Part shown: piece by piece, positions 9,534 through 18,303 of the stretch | How the letters are laid out: each line of letters opens with the position of its first letter | Position numbering within the stretch: position 1 is the first letter of the stretch | From: an uncultured virus (IMG/VR IMGVR_UViG_3300045004_000209) | Lineage: Duplodnaviria > Heunggongvirae > Uroviricota > Caudoviricetes | Reading direction: 5' to 3' (one strand) | Virus record (IMG/VR): IMGVR_UViG_3300045004_000209 | DNA: 34,536 bases | Notes under the pieces: model-generated | What the model saw: the letters and a program-made list of their open reading frames with translations, nothing else | Told to the model about the DNA's origin: nothing | Databases searched by the model: none | Position numbers and translations under genes: made by a program

Positions 9534-10441
9534 ACAACCCACTGCTTGTAGCGATAGCCGGTCCCAAAGGAGCTGGCAAGACATCTCTGTGTCGTCTTCT
9601 TTCTGCTGTATATGCTAGAGCAAATGGTTTTTCCCCAAGAGAAGACCCGTATTCTGGGCAGTGGAATACAGATGGACTGCTCCAGAGCCATGGTCAGGCA
9701 CATGAGCGCGTCATTCTTGACTGCAAAGATGGTAACAAAATACATTTCAAAATAGAAAAAGAGATAGCACAGATAGTTAGTTTCGCTAGTCCTCTTAAAA
9801 GTATGGTTGAAACTGTACTTGGGTTAGATCCTTCGTCACTATATGGAGACGACTCGAGTAAATCTGAATTGACACAATATTATTGGGACAATAATCCAAT
9901 GTGGATCAGGTGGATAAATAGTAAGACAAGATCCATAAAAAGCGTAAACACCGATGTGTGTTTTGATGCTGAATCTGCTGTGGTCAAATTAATAAAATCT
10001 GAAGCGGATTTGTGGGCTTTATGCGCCTCTCGCGGCATGATCCCAAATAGCATGAGATCTGGACGCATGTCTGCAAGAGAAATATTGCAGGTGCTAGGCA
10101 CTGATATTTTCAGAAACATGTTCGATCAAAAAGTATGGGTCAATGCTCTTGTTTCTTATGTTAAATCTTGTGGATCGCAGTTGGTTCTTGTGGACGATGT
10201 GAGATTTGACGGGGAGTTGGAGGCTATTGCGGCTCTTGGCGGTGTTTTGATACGTTTTGAAGGGTGCGCCACAGGTGGACACGAGAGCGAGAGAGGCGTG
10301 TCTGACCATGCCATGAAGTTGTGCCGCAACTTCGTGTCTATTGCTCCAGGTGATCGTTCTGCTGCGGCTGTTCATGGCGTAATATTACTTCAGGAAATAC
10401 ACAGATGCAAACAGCCTCAGAAAAAGGAAATGCTGCTCTAG
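9530..10441 (+). CDS. Phage-type deoxynucleoside monophosphate kinase (T4 gp1/T5 Dnk-like)
   Basis: P-loop AIAGPKGAGKT, SFASPLK, AREILQVLGTDIFR, KVWV, VDDVRFDGE...GGVLIR and HESE. Confidence 0.85.
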   Translation: MNNPLLVAIAGPKGAGKTSLCRLLSAVYARANGFSPREDPYSGQWNTDGLLQSHGQAHERVILDCKDGNKIHFKIEKEIAQIVSFASPLKSMVETVLGLDPSSLYGDDSSKSELTQYYWDNNPMWIRWINSKTRSIKSVNTDVCFDAESAVVKLIKSEADLWALCASRGMIPNSMRSGRMSAREILQVLGTDIFRNMFDQKVWVNALVSYVKSCGSQLVLVDDVRFDGELEAIAALGGVLIRFEGCATGGHESERGVSDHAMKLCRNFVSIAPGDRSAAAVHGVILLQEIHRCKQPQKKEMLL

Positions 10442-11577
10442 CCAACAAATACCGACCTAGGAGACTAGTTGAGGTTGTTGGTCAAGAGATGGTGAAGCGC
10501 TACATGCTTAATGCCATAAATGGTGATAAGATCCATCACGCATATTTGTTTTCAGGTCCCTCAGGCACGGGCAAGACGACCTTGGCAAGAATATTTGCCT
10601 CATGCGTCAATGCAGATGGTAAGCCATCAATATCTCCAAGTCTAGAAGACGGTACCGTTTCTAGGCAGATAGTCGATGGGACATGTGTTGATGTTAAAGA
10701 ACTTGACGCTGCGTCAAATAGATCTATTGACGATATTAGGGAGATTAGACAAGAGATACAATATGCTCCTATGCGTGCTAGAAAAAGGTTTGTTATAATA
10801 GACGAGGCTCATGGTCTAACTGGAGCTGCTGCAGAAGCAGCTCTCAAAATGATTGAGGAGCCTCCCTCTCATACCATTTTTATACTTTGCACCACTGAGC
10901 CTGAAAAGTTGAAAGACACTGTTTTTGGCAGGTGCATATCTCTCAATTTTTTAAAGATCACTGATGACCAAATTGCTGCTAGGCTTACCCAAGTGTGTCA
11001 GATAGAAGAAATGTCTGTGGATGAAGATGCCATCTCTTATATCTCAAAATCTTCTGTTGGATGCATGCGGCTTGCACTGCAGAGTTTAGAAAAATGCTAC
11101 ATGTGCATACCATCTGCAAACACATCATTAAATCTTGATACATGTATTTCTGTCCTGCGAAGACCCGAGTCTATGCTTGCACTCAATATACTTGAGTCTA
11201 TAGTGGCTAAAGATGTTCAGGGAGCCATGCTTGCGGTCAATCGCGAGACCAATAGGGGAATTACTCCCGAAGCAATTGTAGCCACTCTCGTCGAACAACT
11301 GCGTAATGTGATGATTGCCAAGTCTTGTGCTAAACCTAGTAGCCTGCTTTCTGTAACAGGCTCAGAAAAAGAGGCGATAAAAAGACTGCTCCCCAAGATG
11401 TCTGTTGCAACGGTGCTAGACATTATTCAGGCTGCTGGAGAATTCAGCAGGGGTGCAGCGAGCGGCATGAATCCTGCTGCCTTGCTTGATGCTCTGGTGA
11501 TCAGGAGTATTGTAGTGAGCCATAGGAATTGCAATGTCGAAAAAGAAAAGTCTTCGGAAGGGAAGAAAGAATCATGA
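10405..11577 (+). CDS. dnaX: DNA polymerase III gamma/tau clamp-loader ATPase (gamma-length)
   Basis: LANKYRP, VVGQE, HAYLFSGPSGTGKTTLAR, ELDAASNRSIDDIR, IIDEAH, LKMIEEPP, FILCTTE and TVFGRC. Confidence 0.93.
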   Translation: MQTASEKGNAALANKYRPRRLVEVVGQEMVKRYMLNAINGDKIHHAYLFSGPSGTGKTTLARIFASCVNADGKPSISPSLEDGTVSRQIVDGTCVDVKELDAASNRSIDDIREIRQEIQYAPMRARKRFVIIDEAHGLTGAAAEAALKMIEEPPSHTIFILCTTEPEKLKDTVFGRCISLNFLKITDDQIAARLTQVCQIEEMSVDEDAISYISKSSVGCMRLALQSLEKCYMCIPSANTSLNLDTCISVLRRPESMLALNILESIVAKDVQGAMLAVNRETNRGITPEAIVATLVEQLRNVMIAKSCAKPSSLLSVTGSEKEAIKRLLPKMSVATVLDIIQAAGEFSRGAASGMNPAALLDALVIRSIVVSHRNCNVEKEKSSEGKKES

Positions 11578-12268
11578 TCTAGATCTAACTAAATTTGAAG
11601 TACCCAAGGGTACGGTTGCTGAATTAGTTCTCAAGATACAGGCTTCTAACTCCCAAGAGGAAAAAAGTCTATTATTCAATCAGATTATAGAACGCATAGA
11701 TCCACTTATAAAAAGAATAGTTGGCAGGTTTAATATACCTGGTTACGAGCAGGCTGACCTTTACCAAGAGGCACTATTGGCTTTGCGTTTTAAGGCAATA
11801 GAAGATTTTGATCCTGCGAGGTGCATAGGCGATGAAATGGTGGGTTTTGAAAAGTTTGCTGCTTTGTGTACCAAGAGGCATCTTAGCACTATCTTGAAAA
11901 CATCATTTCAAAACAAGCAGGCCACCCTAAACTTTAGTGTTTCTTTTTCTGCTCCTGCCAAAGACGATGAAGGCGTAGACATGTCTTCTCTTGTTACAGA
12001 CCAAACTTGCAGAGGAGATATATTTTCAACATGTTCAACCAATGAGGTTTTTCACGAACTTATGCAAGAATTATTTGCACACCTATCAGATTTTGAAAAA
12101 CTAGTTTTGGCCCTGTACTCTCAAAGAAATAGTTACGAAGAAATAGCTCAGTCTATCAATAAGCACAAGAAGGGGCGTAGAATTGGTATAAAGAGTGTTG
12201 ATAACGCCTTATCTAGAATTAAAGCCAAGGCTAAAACAATAATTCAAGAAAGAGGAATGGAAATATGA
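11534..12268 (+). CDS. Sigma-70 family RNA polymerase sigma factor, SigH (Spo0H)-like
   Basis: IPGYEQADLYQE, KAIEDFD, FAALCTKRHLSTILK...TLNFSVSF, LSDFEKLVL, SYEEIA and KSVDNALSRIKAK parallel Firmicute SigH (FAELCITRQI...; KSIDNALQRVKRK). Confidence 0.85.
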   Translation: MSKKKSLRKGRKNHDLDLTKFEVPKGTVAELVLKIQASNSQEEKSLLFNQIIERIDPLIKRIVGRFNIPGYEQADLYQEALLALRFKAIEDFDPARCIGDEMVGFEKFAALCTKRHLSTILKTSFQNKQATLNFSVSFSAPAKDDEGVDMSSLVTDQTCRGDIFSTCSTNEVFHELMQELFAHLSDFEKLVLALYSQRNSYEEIAQSINKHKKGRRIGIKSVDNALSRIKAKAKTIIQERGMEI

Positions 12269-13485
12269 CAATTGCCATGACAAACAAGTTTATAATCAGC
12301 AACTGCATCAGAAGTCACCTAGTGATTGGCACTAGGCATGTTCCGAAGGATGCATCTTTTTATGGTATGTGTCTGCTCAGTTCGGAGGATGGAAGTTTTT
12401 TTATCAGATCTAGTACTCCTACCATGGAAGCAATCACTACGCTTAATTCTGAGGATATGCTCATTGACGGTATCAAAGATGGCAGTGTAGTGTGCGCGAA
12501 TGCAAGTTCACTTTCGCGTGCAATAGATAGTTTTGAGACTGGGTCTAAGCTAGACATGTCGGTCTCTGAAGGAGGGACAAGCATGCTTGTCATGCTTGCT
12601 GGCAGCAACGACGACAGCCAGACAGTTCCTCTCGCTGGCTCTCAGTCTGTCCCGCCAACTGTGCAGATGCCTAGAAAGGGCATATCCTTCAAGTGCACCG
12701 TCGGAGTTTTATCTTCTGTCATTGGTCGAATCAGATTCGCTCTGCCAGTCTCTGACATGATCAGGCACTATACTTTTATAAAGTTACGTGTCTCCGATAA
12801 TTCCATGAAAGTGATAGCTGGTAATGGTGGTGTTTTTGCAAGAACACCATGCTTCATCAGCGACGTAAGGGGACTTGAAGGAGAAAAGACAATTTACATT
12901 CCGGCAAAAGAGATGCTCAAAGTCGTTGATTACCTATCAAACAATTTTGACGAAGACGATCATGTCCTTGTGGTTTTTGGTAAAGACCGCATCGGTTTTG
13001 AATGCGGAAATTTTTGCGCAGTTGTTAGTTCTGCGTGGGAAAATCAGCCTTGGCCTGACGAGAATGAAGTCCTTGCAAAAAACTATATGACTAAAATTTC
13101 TGCAGGTATAGCTGCTTGGAATTCTGTTCACAACGGGATCAGAGCAGTTTTTGAGCTAGAAAACGATCACAATAATTTATGCAAAACCAAGTTGGCCATA
13201 GACAAGAATGGCAACAAGGCTGTTATGGCGACAGGCTCAAGAAATGTGAGTAAGCGTACTTTGCAGATTTCTTCTGCATGCATGGTCGATAATTCTGCCC
13301 TGACTGCATCTTTTTCGAGCAGCATTTTCTGCGAAGTGATCAAGTCATCCAAGAGTGCTTCTAATATTGTCATGGAAATTGATTCGAGTAAGTTTAAGGA
13401 TGTTTCATCTCCAGTCATCATGCGGGCTTTCGATGATGGTTCGGAAAATCCATCTATTGAATTCTTTTTTGTGCAACTTTCGTGA
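12265..13485 (+). CDS. dnaN: DNA polymerase III beta sliding clamp, divergent
   Basis: 406 aa. RFAL...MIRHY...MKVIAGNGGVFA aligns with FA...R..L...VATDGHRL; also IYIPAKEML and WPDENEVL. Adjacent to dnaX and the holA-like gene. Confidence 0.72.
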   Translation: MTIAMTNKFIISNCIRSHLVIGTRHVPKDASFYGMCLLSSEDGSFFIRSSTPTMEAITTLNSEDMLIDGIKDGSVVCANASSLSRAIDSFETGSKLDMSVSEGGTSMLVMLAGSNDDSQTVPLAGSQSVPPTVQMPRKGISFKCTVGVLSSVIGRIRFALPVSDMIRHYTFIKLRVSDNSMKVIAGNGGVFARTPCFISDVRGLEGEKTIYIPAKEMLKVVDYLSNNFDEDDHVLVVFGKDRIGFECGNFCAVVSSAWENQPWPDENEVLAKNYMTKISAGIAAWNSVHNGIRAVFELENDHNNLCKTKLAIDKNGNKAVMATGSRNVSKRTLQISSACMVDNSALTASFSSSIFCEVIKSSKSASNIVMEIDSSKFKDVSSPVIMRAFDDGSENPSIEFFFVQLS

Positions 13486-14510
13486 TGAAGGTTAGTTGTC
13501 TCAACGGTCCTGCTTGGAGGATTCGTGCAGTTTTTAAGACTGCAGAAAGCAGTGGTATGATTGTTAGATGGTGCTCGGCGCCATCGGATAAGGGTGTGAT
13601 AGAAGAAGTAACCTCTTATGCTCTTGATCCTTTCTCTTCAGCCAAGGTCGTCATTTTTCTTGGTCGTGAGGCTGCTGAAACCAAGAGCATTTTGAATGCC
13701 CTCATCGATTTGGCAAAATTGTCAGAACGCGTGAGTATAATAGTTTTCAATTGTCCCAAATCTGCTGCTCCATCTCTCAGACGTGAATCTGACCAGTCAG
13801 GATCTACTCGGTCTTGGAATACCACGCTAAATGTTCACGAGTTGGCATCGGAAATTGATTCAGTTTTCGGCAAAAAGATGCCTGAGTCTGTTGCTAAAAG
13901 GCTTTCGTGGTGCGTGTCTTCTTCCTCTTGGTCTGAAGATGTAGATGCCGATGTGGCCAAAATGGAGTGCGAAAAGTTATTGACAATTTTTGGTTGCTCA
14001 GAGCCTTCTGAAGATGACATTACGATGGCATGTTTTAGGCAGCGTAGTGAAGCTATGAAATTTATTATGAATGGCATCGAAAGCGGCCAAGTCGATGATG
14101 TTGTTCGCGAGACATCAAGAGGCGAAAGGTTGCTTGGTGAGGCTTTCTTTGGACTTGCAATATCATCAATGATTCAACTTTGGAAGAGCTCAAAATTAGA
14201 TGCTATGCGCTCATCTGTTGGTTGGTCTCGTGAGGCGGCTATGGCTTTTGAAAAGAAGGACAAAGATGGATTGTATTCAGCCATGTTTAGTCCGATATCT
14301 GTTGACAGAATTCACAGATCTAGTCCAAAACCCCATGGTAGAAGCATGGCAACAGCCATGTTTTCATCCATATGCGTTGCCAATAGATTCGGCAACGATC
14401 TTCAGCAAGAAATGTGGAAAACGCGTTTTTATGCCACTGTATTGCTTGCATGCGGCTCTTTAAACCCCAAAGATGTTAATCTAATTTTCAAAGCAACGGA
14501 GTCACAATGA
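13482..14510 (+). CDS. DNA polymerase III delta subunit (HolA)-like, highly divergent
   Basis: 342 aa. DPFSSAKVVIF and KMECEKLLTIFGCSEPSEDDI resemble HolA .F...kvv.. and nEleKL......It.edI. Gene context supports this. Confidence 0.55.
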   Translation: MMKVSCLNGPAWRIRAVFKTAESSGMIVRWCSAPSDKGVIEEVTSYALDPFSSAKVVIFLGREAAETKSILNALIDLAKLSERVSIIVFNCPKSAAPSLRRESDQSGSTRSWNTTLNVHELASEIDSVFGKKMPESVAKRLSWCVSSSSWSEDVDADVAKMECEKLLTIFGCSEPSEDDITMACFRQRSEAMKFIMNGIESGQVDDVVRETSRGERLLGEAFFGLAISSMIQLWKSSKLDAMRSSVGWSREAAMAFEKKDKDGLYSAMFSPISVDRIHRSSPKPHGRSMATAMFSSICVANRFGNDLQQEMWKTRFYATVLLACGSLNPKDVNLIFKATESQ

Positions 14511-14770
14511 GCGAGGGTAGTTCTGATGATGCTGGTATCATGGCAGATTTGACGATTCAATTTTGTGACAAAATTGTTGAGCGTATGTGGTTGAAAGTCA
14601 TGTCAGAAACGCCGATGGAAATAGATGAAATTCTTAAATCAACTATGATAGTTGCCAATTGCGTCAGCATAGTCACCACAGTCATAGATAATGCAGATGA
14701 TCTTATGGACGATTCAGATGATGATTCCGATGACGAAGAATTAGAAGAAATGGATGATGGAGAAGACTGA
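14507..14770 (+). CDS. Small, very acidic hypothetical protein
   Basis: 87 aa with the tail DNADDLMDDSDDDSDDEELEEMDDGED. Overlaps both neighbours. Confidence 0.7.
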   Translation: MSEGSSDDAGIMADLTIQFCDKIVERMWLKVMSETPMEIDEILKSTMIVANCVSIVTTVIDNADDLMDDSDDDSDDEELEEMDDGED

Positions 14771-15717
14771 TGAAAATTATCGTTACAGGCGCAGCAGGTT
14801 TCATAGGTCGTCATGTTATGAGTCTTGCAGGGTCTCTTGGACATGTACCATTTGGGGTGGACTGGTCTGAGGAAAATGTAAATCGTTCTATATCTGAAGA
14901 CGGATACATCATAATATTGTCATCTTTTGATGACATAAAAATTTTGGATCAGGTGTCTTCTGGATTTTTCGACGCAGTTATTCACCTCGCTGCCACAGCG
15001 CGTGTGCCTGTGTCAATTGATCATCCTGTTGAAACCCACATCAACAATGTGGAAAGAACTTTGCGATTGCTAGATGCGTGCAGAGTATCTAATACTAGAT
15101 TTGTGTTTGCGGGTAGCAGCTCTGTTTACGGGAATGGAGCTTCCTTCCCGACTTGCGAGTTATCTAGTCCACAGCCATTGACTCCCTATGGCTTGCAAAA
15201 ATCAATAATTGATCAATATATACGGGTTTATAACGGTCTGTACGGAACTGACGCAGTATCTCTCAGATTCTTCAATGTATTTGGACCAGGTCAGTACCCG
15301 GGTGGTTCCTACCCAATGGCAGTTTCTGCATGGTCATGGGCTGTGGCGCATGGAGGTAGGGCAGAGTTGTACGGCGATGGTTCCATCCGAAGAGACTATA
15401 CTTACGTGGGCGATGTCAGCAGGGCTATATTGGCTGCTGCTATGAGGGAAGTTCCTTTTACTGGTCAATCGATAAACATATGCGCTGGATCACCCGTTGG
15501 TATGCTTGAGGTATGGGATGCAATCATAGGTGCTTCAAAAACCTCGGCTGTTTTGCACAGGATGCCACCCCGAGCCGGCGATCCTAAAATTACATGGGGT
15601 GATAATTCCCTAGCTCTCAAGGAATTGGGTTGGAAGCCTAGGGTGCTTTTCCATGAAGGTGTCGAAAAAACCTTGGAATGGGTAAGCTCAAAAGCAAAGT
15701 TGTCTTTGTCGGAATAG
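14770..15717 (+). CDS. NAD-dependent NDP-sugar epimerase/dehydratase (extended SDR)
   Basis: TGAAGFIG, HLAA, SSSVYG, YGLQK (YxxxK), RFFNVFGP, RDYTYVGD and ELGWKP. Confidence 0.92.
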   Translation: MKIIVTGAAGFIGRHVMSLAGSLGHVPFGVDWSEENVNRSISEDGYIIILSSFDDIKILDQVSSGFFDAVIHLAATARVPVSIDHPVETHINNVERTLRLLDACRVSNTRFVFAGSSSVYGNGASFPTCELSSPQPLTPYGLQKSIIDQYIRVYNGLYGTDAVSLRFFNVFGPGQYPGGSYPMAVSAWSWAVAHGGRAELYGDGSIRRDYTYVGDVSRAILAAAMREVPFTGQSINICAGSPVGMLEVWDAIIGASKTSAVLHRMPPRAGDPKITWGDNSLALKELGWKPRVLFHEGVEKTLEWVSSKAKLSLSE

Positions 15718-16214
15718 ATCCGGGAATAAACGGAGCAGTAGCAGCTATCCATAACGATGGGCGGTGTGAGGTTCACTCTGTTCCATTTGTTATCATTAAT
15801 GACAAAAAGAATTTCGATGCTGCAGGCATGGCTAAACTTATAAGGAGTTTCGGCAAAAATGTGATGATCTGTATCGAAGCCGTGCATGCCATGCCGGGCA
15901 ATGGCTCGGTAAGCATGTTCTTTTTTGGCAGGGGATTGGGTGTATGGGAGGGGGTGACGGGTGCTTTAGGTCACTCTATGCATCCAATACCTCCCCAAAC
16001 ATGGAAGAAGGGATTTTTACAATTAACTCCCAATAAGGGCGACAAAAGGCCGCGATCCGTCATAAAAGCTGAAGCAAAAAAGGCCGCACTTATCCTTGCT
16101 AGGGATATTTTTCCCTCCATGGCAGAAAACCTAAAAAGGTCAAAAGACGACGGTAAAGCGGAAGCTCTTTTGATGACTTTATTTTATGCAAGGCAGAATG
16201 GCAGTTGGGTTTAA
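15678..16214 (+). CDS. RuvC-fold Holliday junction resolvase (MOC1/phage type)
   Basis: VGIDPGINGA, IEAVHAMPGNG.VSMFFFG, PPQTWKK and DGKAEALL. Confidence 0.85.
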   Translation: MGKLKSKVVFVGIDPGINGAVAAIHNDGRCEVHSVPFVIINDKKNFDAAGMAKLIRSFGKNVMICIEAVHAMPGNGSVSMFFFGRGLGVWEGVTGALGHSMHPIPPQTWKKGFLQLTPNKGDKRPRSVIKAEAKKAALILARDIFPSMAENLKRSKDDGKAEALLMTLFYARQNGSWV

Positions 16215-16242
16215 ACAAACTATTGGAGGGCATATTCAAACC

Positions 16243-16539
16243 ATGCAGAAATCTACATTTGAGGAAAAAATGTTTCAAGACCAGTTTTACCTTGATGTTT
16301 TTATGTACCAGATATCTGTAGCAATCCGAGAGGTACAAGGGTGTCAGTCATGCGCTGTCAGGCGCATAAAGGATATTTTGTCAAAAATGTCACCTGAAGA
16401 CCCAGATATCTTTAGTAATTTAAGTAAAGCAGTCGATGTAGGCATGGATAGCCCAAGCAGATTTGCCCAATTTTGCCGCGTCGCCCTTGATAAGGTTGAA
16501 AAAAACTTAGATATTGCAAGGACGAAGAAAAATGTCTGA
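16243..16539 (+). CDS. Hypothetical protein with CxxC motif
   Basis: GCQSC motif. ATG at 16243 follows GGAGGG (the track start at 16186 overlaps the upstream gene). Confidence 0.6.
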   Translation: MQKSTFEEKMFQDQFYLDVFMYQISVAIREVQGCQSCAVRRIKDILSKMSPEDPDIFSNLSKAVDVGMDSPSRFAQFCRVALDKVEKNLDIARTKKNV

Positions 16540-17185
16540 CAAACTTGGTCGCAGACCCACTGCTGAAGAGATAAACACCATAGCCGAGTTGGCGGAGCAG
16601 AGTGCAAGCGCTCCAATAGTGAGATCAGGATGTAAATTATGCATGTCTAAGCATAGAAAAGAGGCTGAAGAGCTTTTTGCGCAGACGCAAAATGTGTCTG
16701 CTGTGCACAGACTTCTCAAATCTAAAGGTGAAGAAATATCGTATGAGTCAACTAACACACACCTTCGCAGGCATTATGCCAAGGTTCAGCAGCAAGAACT
16801 AGTCAAAAACCTGACCTCAGAACTAGCACGATGGAGGAGTAGCAATGTTGATGCAGAGTCTAGAACCTCTACCGTTCTTGCAATTCTTGAAAGAAGGATG
16901 ATAGACATAGCCGCACAGATAGACGGGTCTGGCACTCAAGATACTCTTAAGGCGACAGACATGTTGTGCAAGCTTGCCACTCAAATCCTTGTTTTGCAAA
17001 ATGATTTGGATAGCCGTAGAAAGCATAAGGATTCTGTGTCGCATTTTTTCAGTCAGTTCCAAAATTTGGTGAAGACGCACATAGACAACACCAAGAACGG
17101 CGAAGTAAAACGAGAGATTATAGATCTAATCAATTCAATTGAAACACAAATAGGAGGTATGTTGCCAGATGGAACGTCGGTCTGA
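16532..17185 (+). CDS. Putative Zn-binding DNA-binding protein (CxxC...HxxxH plus helical region), possibly terminase small subunit-like
   Basis: CKLC...ISYESTNTHLRRH followed by a helical/coiled-coil region. ATG 16532 overlaps the upstream stop. The function is a guess. Confidence 0.5.
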   Translation: MSDKLGRRPTAEEINTIAELAEQSASAPIVRSGCKLCMSKHRKEAEELFAQTQNVSAVHRLLKSKGEEISYESTNTHLRRHYAKVQQQELVKNLTSELARWRSSNVDAESRTSTVLAILERRMIDIAAQIDGSGTQDTLKATDMLCKLATQILVLQNDLDSRRKHKDSVSHFFSQFQNLVKTHIDNTKNGEVKREIIDLINSIETQIGGMLPDGTSV

Positions 17186-17369
17186 AAAATTCAACAATGT
17201 CGTTAGGGGGTCTCCGCCTATAAGTCGTCGAGTTATATCTCAGCCTCAGCCGCCAAGGGTGACGCAGAAAATGAACATCACCAATAAATCTCAACAGCAG
17301 AAGCCTCCAATTTCATCTCAAGTGGACAAGCCATCTGGGTGCGGCTGTTCCCGCAGGAAGCCATCCTAA
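17169..17369 (+). CDS. Small basic Pro/Gln-rich protein ending GCGCSRRKPS
   Basis: 66 aa ORF fills the gap between neighbours. GGAGG at about 17153-17157 lies upstream. Confidence 0.55.
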   Translation: MERRSEKFNNVVRGSPPISRRVISQPQPPRVTQKMNITNKSQQQKPPISSQVDKPSGCGCSRRKPS

Positions 17370-17370
17370 A

Positions 17371-18303
17371 ATGGACGACTTTCTTTCCATGATGAGATCC
17401 TGCGGAATGCGGAACGCCACTATGCGTGATGCTTCTGTTGTCATGTGCGCTGCCCAAAAAATGCCTGGACTTTGCAGTCAATTGTCTTTGGGCTATACCC
17501 AGTCTCTGCATCAACTGTTACGATGTTCACCCATAGCATCATGCGCATTTTTCCCAATGTCATTTATCAGGCTTTCTCAGTTACTGCACTCTGATGAATT
17601 TTATGCGTGCAGTCCAATGCCTTGTTGTTCTCTTGATGCAGCGAGAAACTGTGTTGATGCAGACATGTTCTTGGGCATTTTAGACCCTCATAACATAATT
17701 TGCAAGGTTGGCCCAGTCGGATTGTTTAGGGGTATGATGCCTCGGGTTAGGGATGCTATGTCGAGTGTCTTGGTTGCTAAACCTGAGCTTGCAGATCAGG
17801 TTATCAACTTGATGACCGATCACAATTTTGGGATACCAGTATCCCTAGATGACAGGATGAGAATGTCTAAATTCTCATCTTCAAAATCTGAATTTAGGGT
17901 GCACGTTCCAAGGTTTAATATAGATGGAGTGTACACAGGCGTCTCGTCTGAACATGCTTTGCAAAATGCCTTAGACGGCGCTTTTAATAATTCTAATTCA
18001 AAACATTATTATAGGAGAAAACCTAAGGAATTCACTGCTGCTTTTTACATGATGGATCCAGTGATAGCATCCACTGTTGTGCAGGCCATCACTGAAGAGA
18101 GTAAGACCGCTTTCACAAAAATGAATGTTGGAGACCTTGTTGAAACAGGCTCCACAAATGGTTTTTTTGGTGGGAAAAAAGGTAGGGTATGCGCAATCGG
18201 GAGCGGCAAATTGACAGTTCGTTTTTCCGATGGAAAAGAAGTGTCATATGACATGAACAGTCCCATGTTTTACGCGACTATAAAGCCGATTAGGAGGCTA
18301 TGA
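17371..18303 (+). CDS. Hypothetical protein with C-terminal KOW/SH3-like motif
   Basis: MNVGDLVETGSTNGFFGGKKGRVCAIGSGKLTVRFSDG resembles a KOW motif. The N-terminus is Cys/Met-rich. Confidence 0.55.
   Translation: MDDFLSMMRSCGMRNATMRDASVVMCAAQKMPGLCSQLSLGYTQSLHQLLRCSPIASCAFFPMSFIRLSQLLHSDEFYACSPMPCCSLDAARNCVDADMFLGILDPHNIICKVGPVGLFRGMMPRVRDAMSSVLVAKPELADQVINLMTDHNFGIPVSLDDRMRMSKFSSSKSEFRVHVPRFNIDGVYTGVSSEHALQNALDGAFNNSNSKHYYRRKPKEFTAAFYMMDPVIASTVVQAITEESKTAFTKMNVGDLVETGSTNGFFGGKKGRVCAIGSGKLTVRFSDGKEVSYDMNSPMFYATIKPIRRL

Noticed and set aside
10405..11577. Programmed -1 frameshift producing tau/gamma forms of DnaX
   Set aside because: No tau C-terminal domain follows. The overlapping downstream frame encodes the sigma factor, and I see no convincing slippery site with a stimulatory hairpin.
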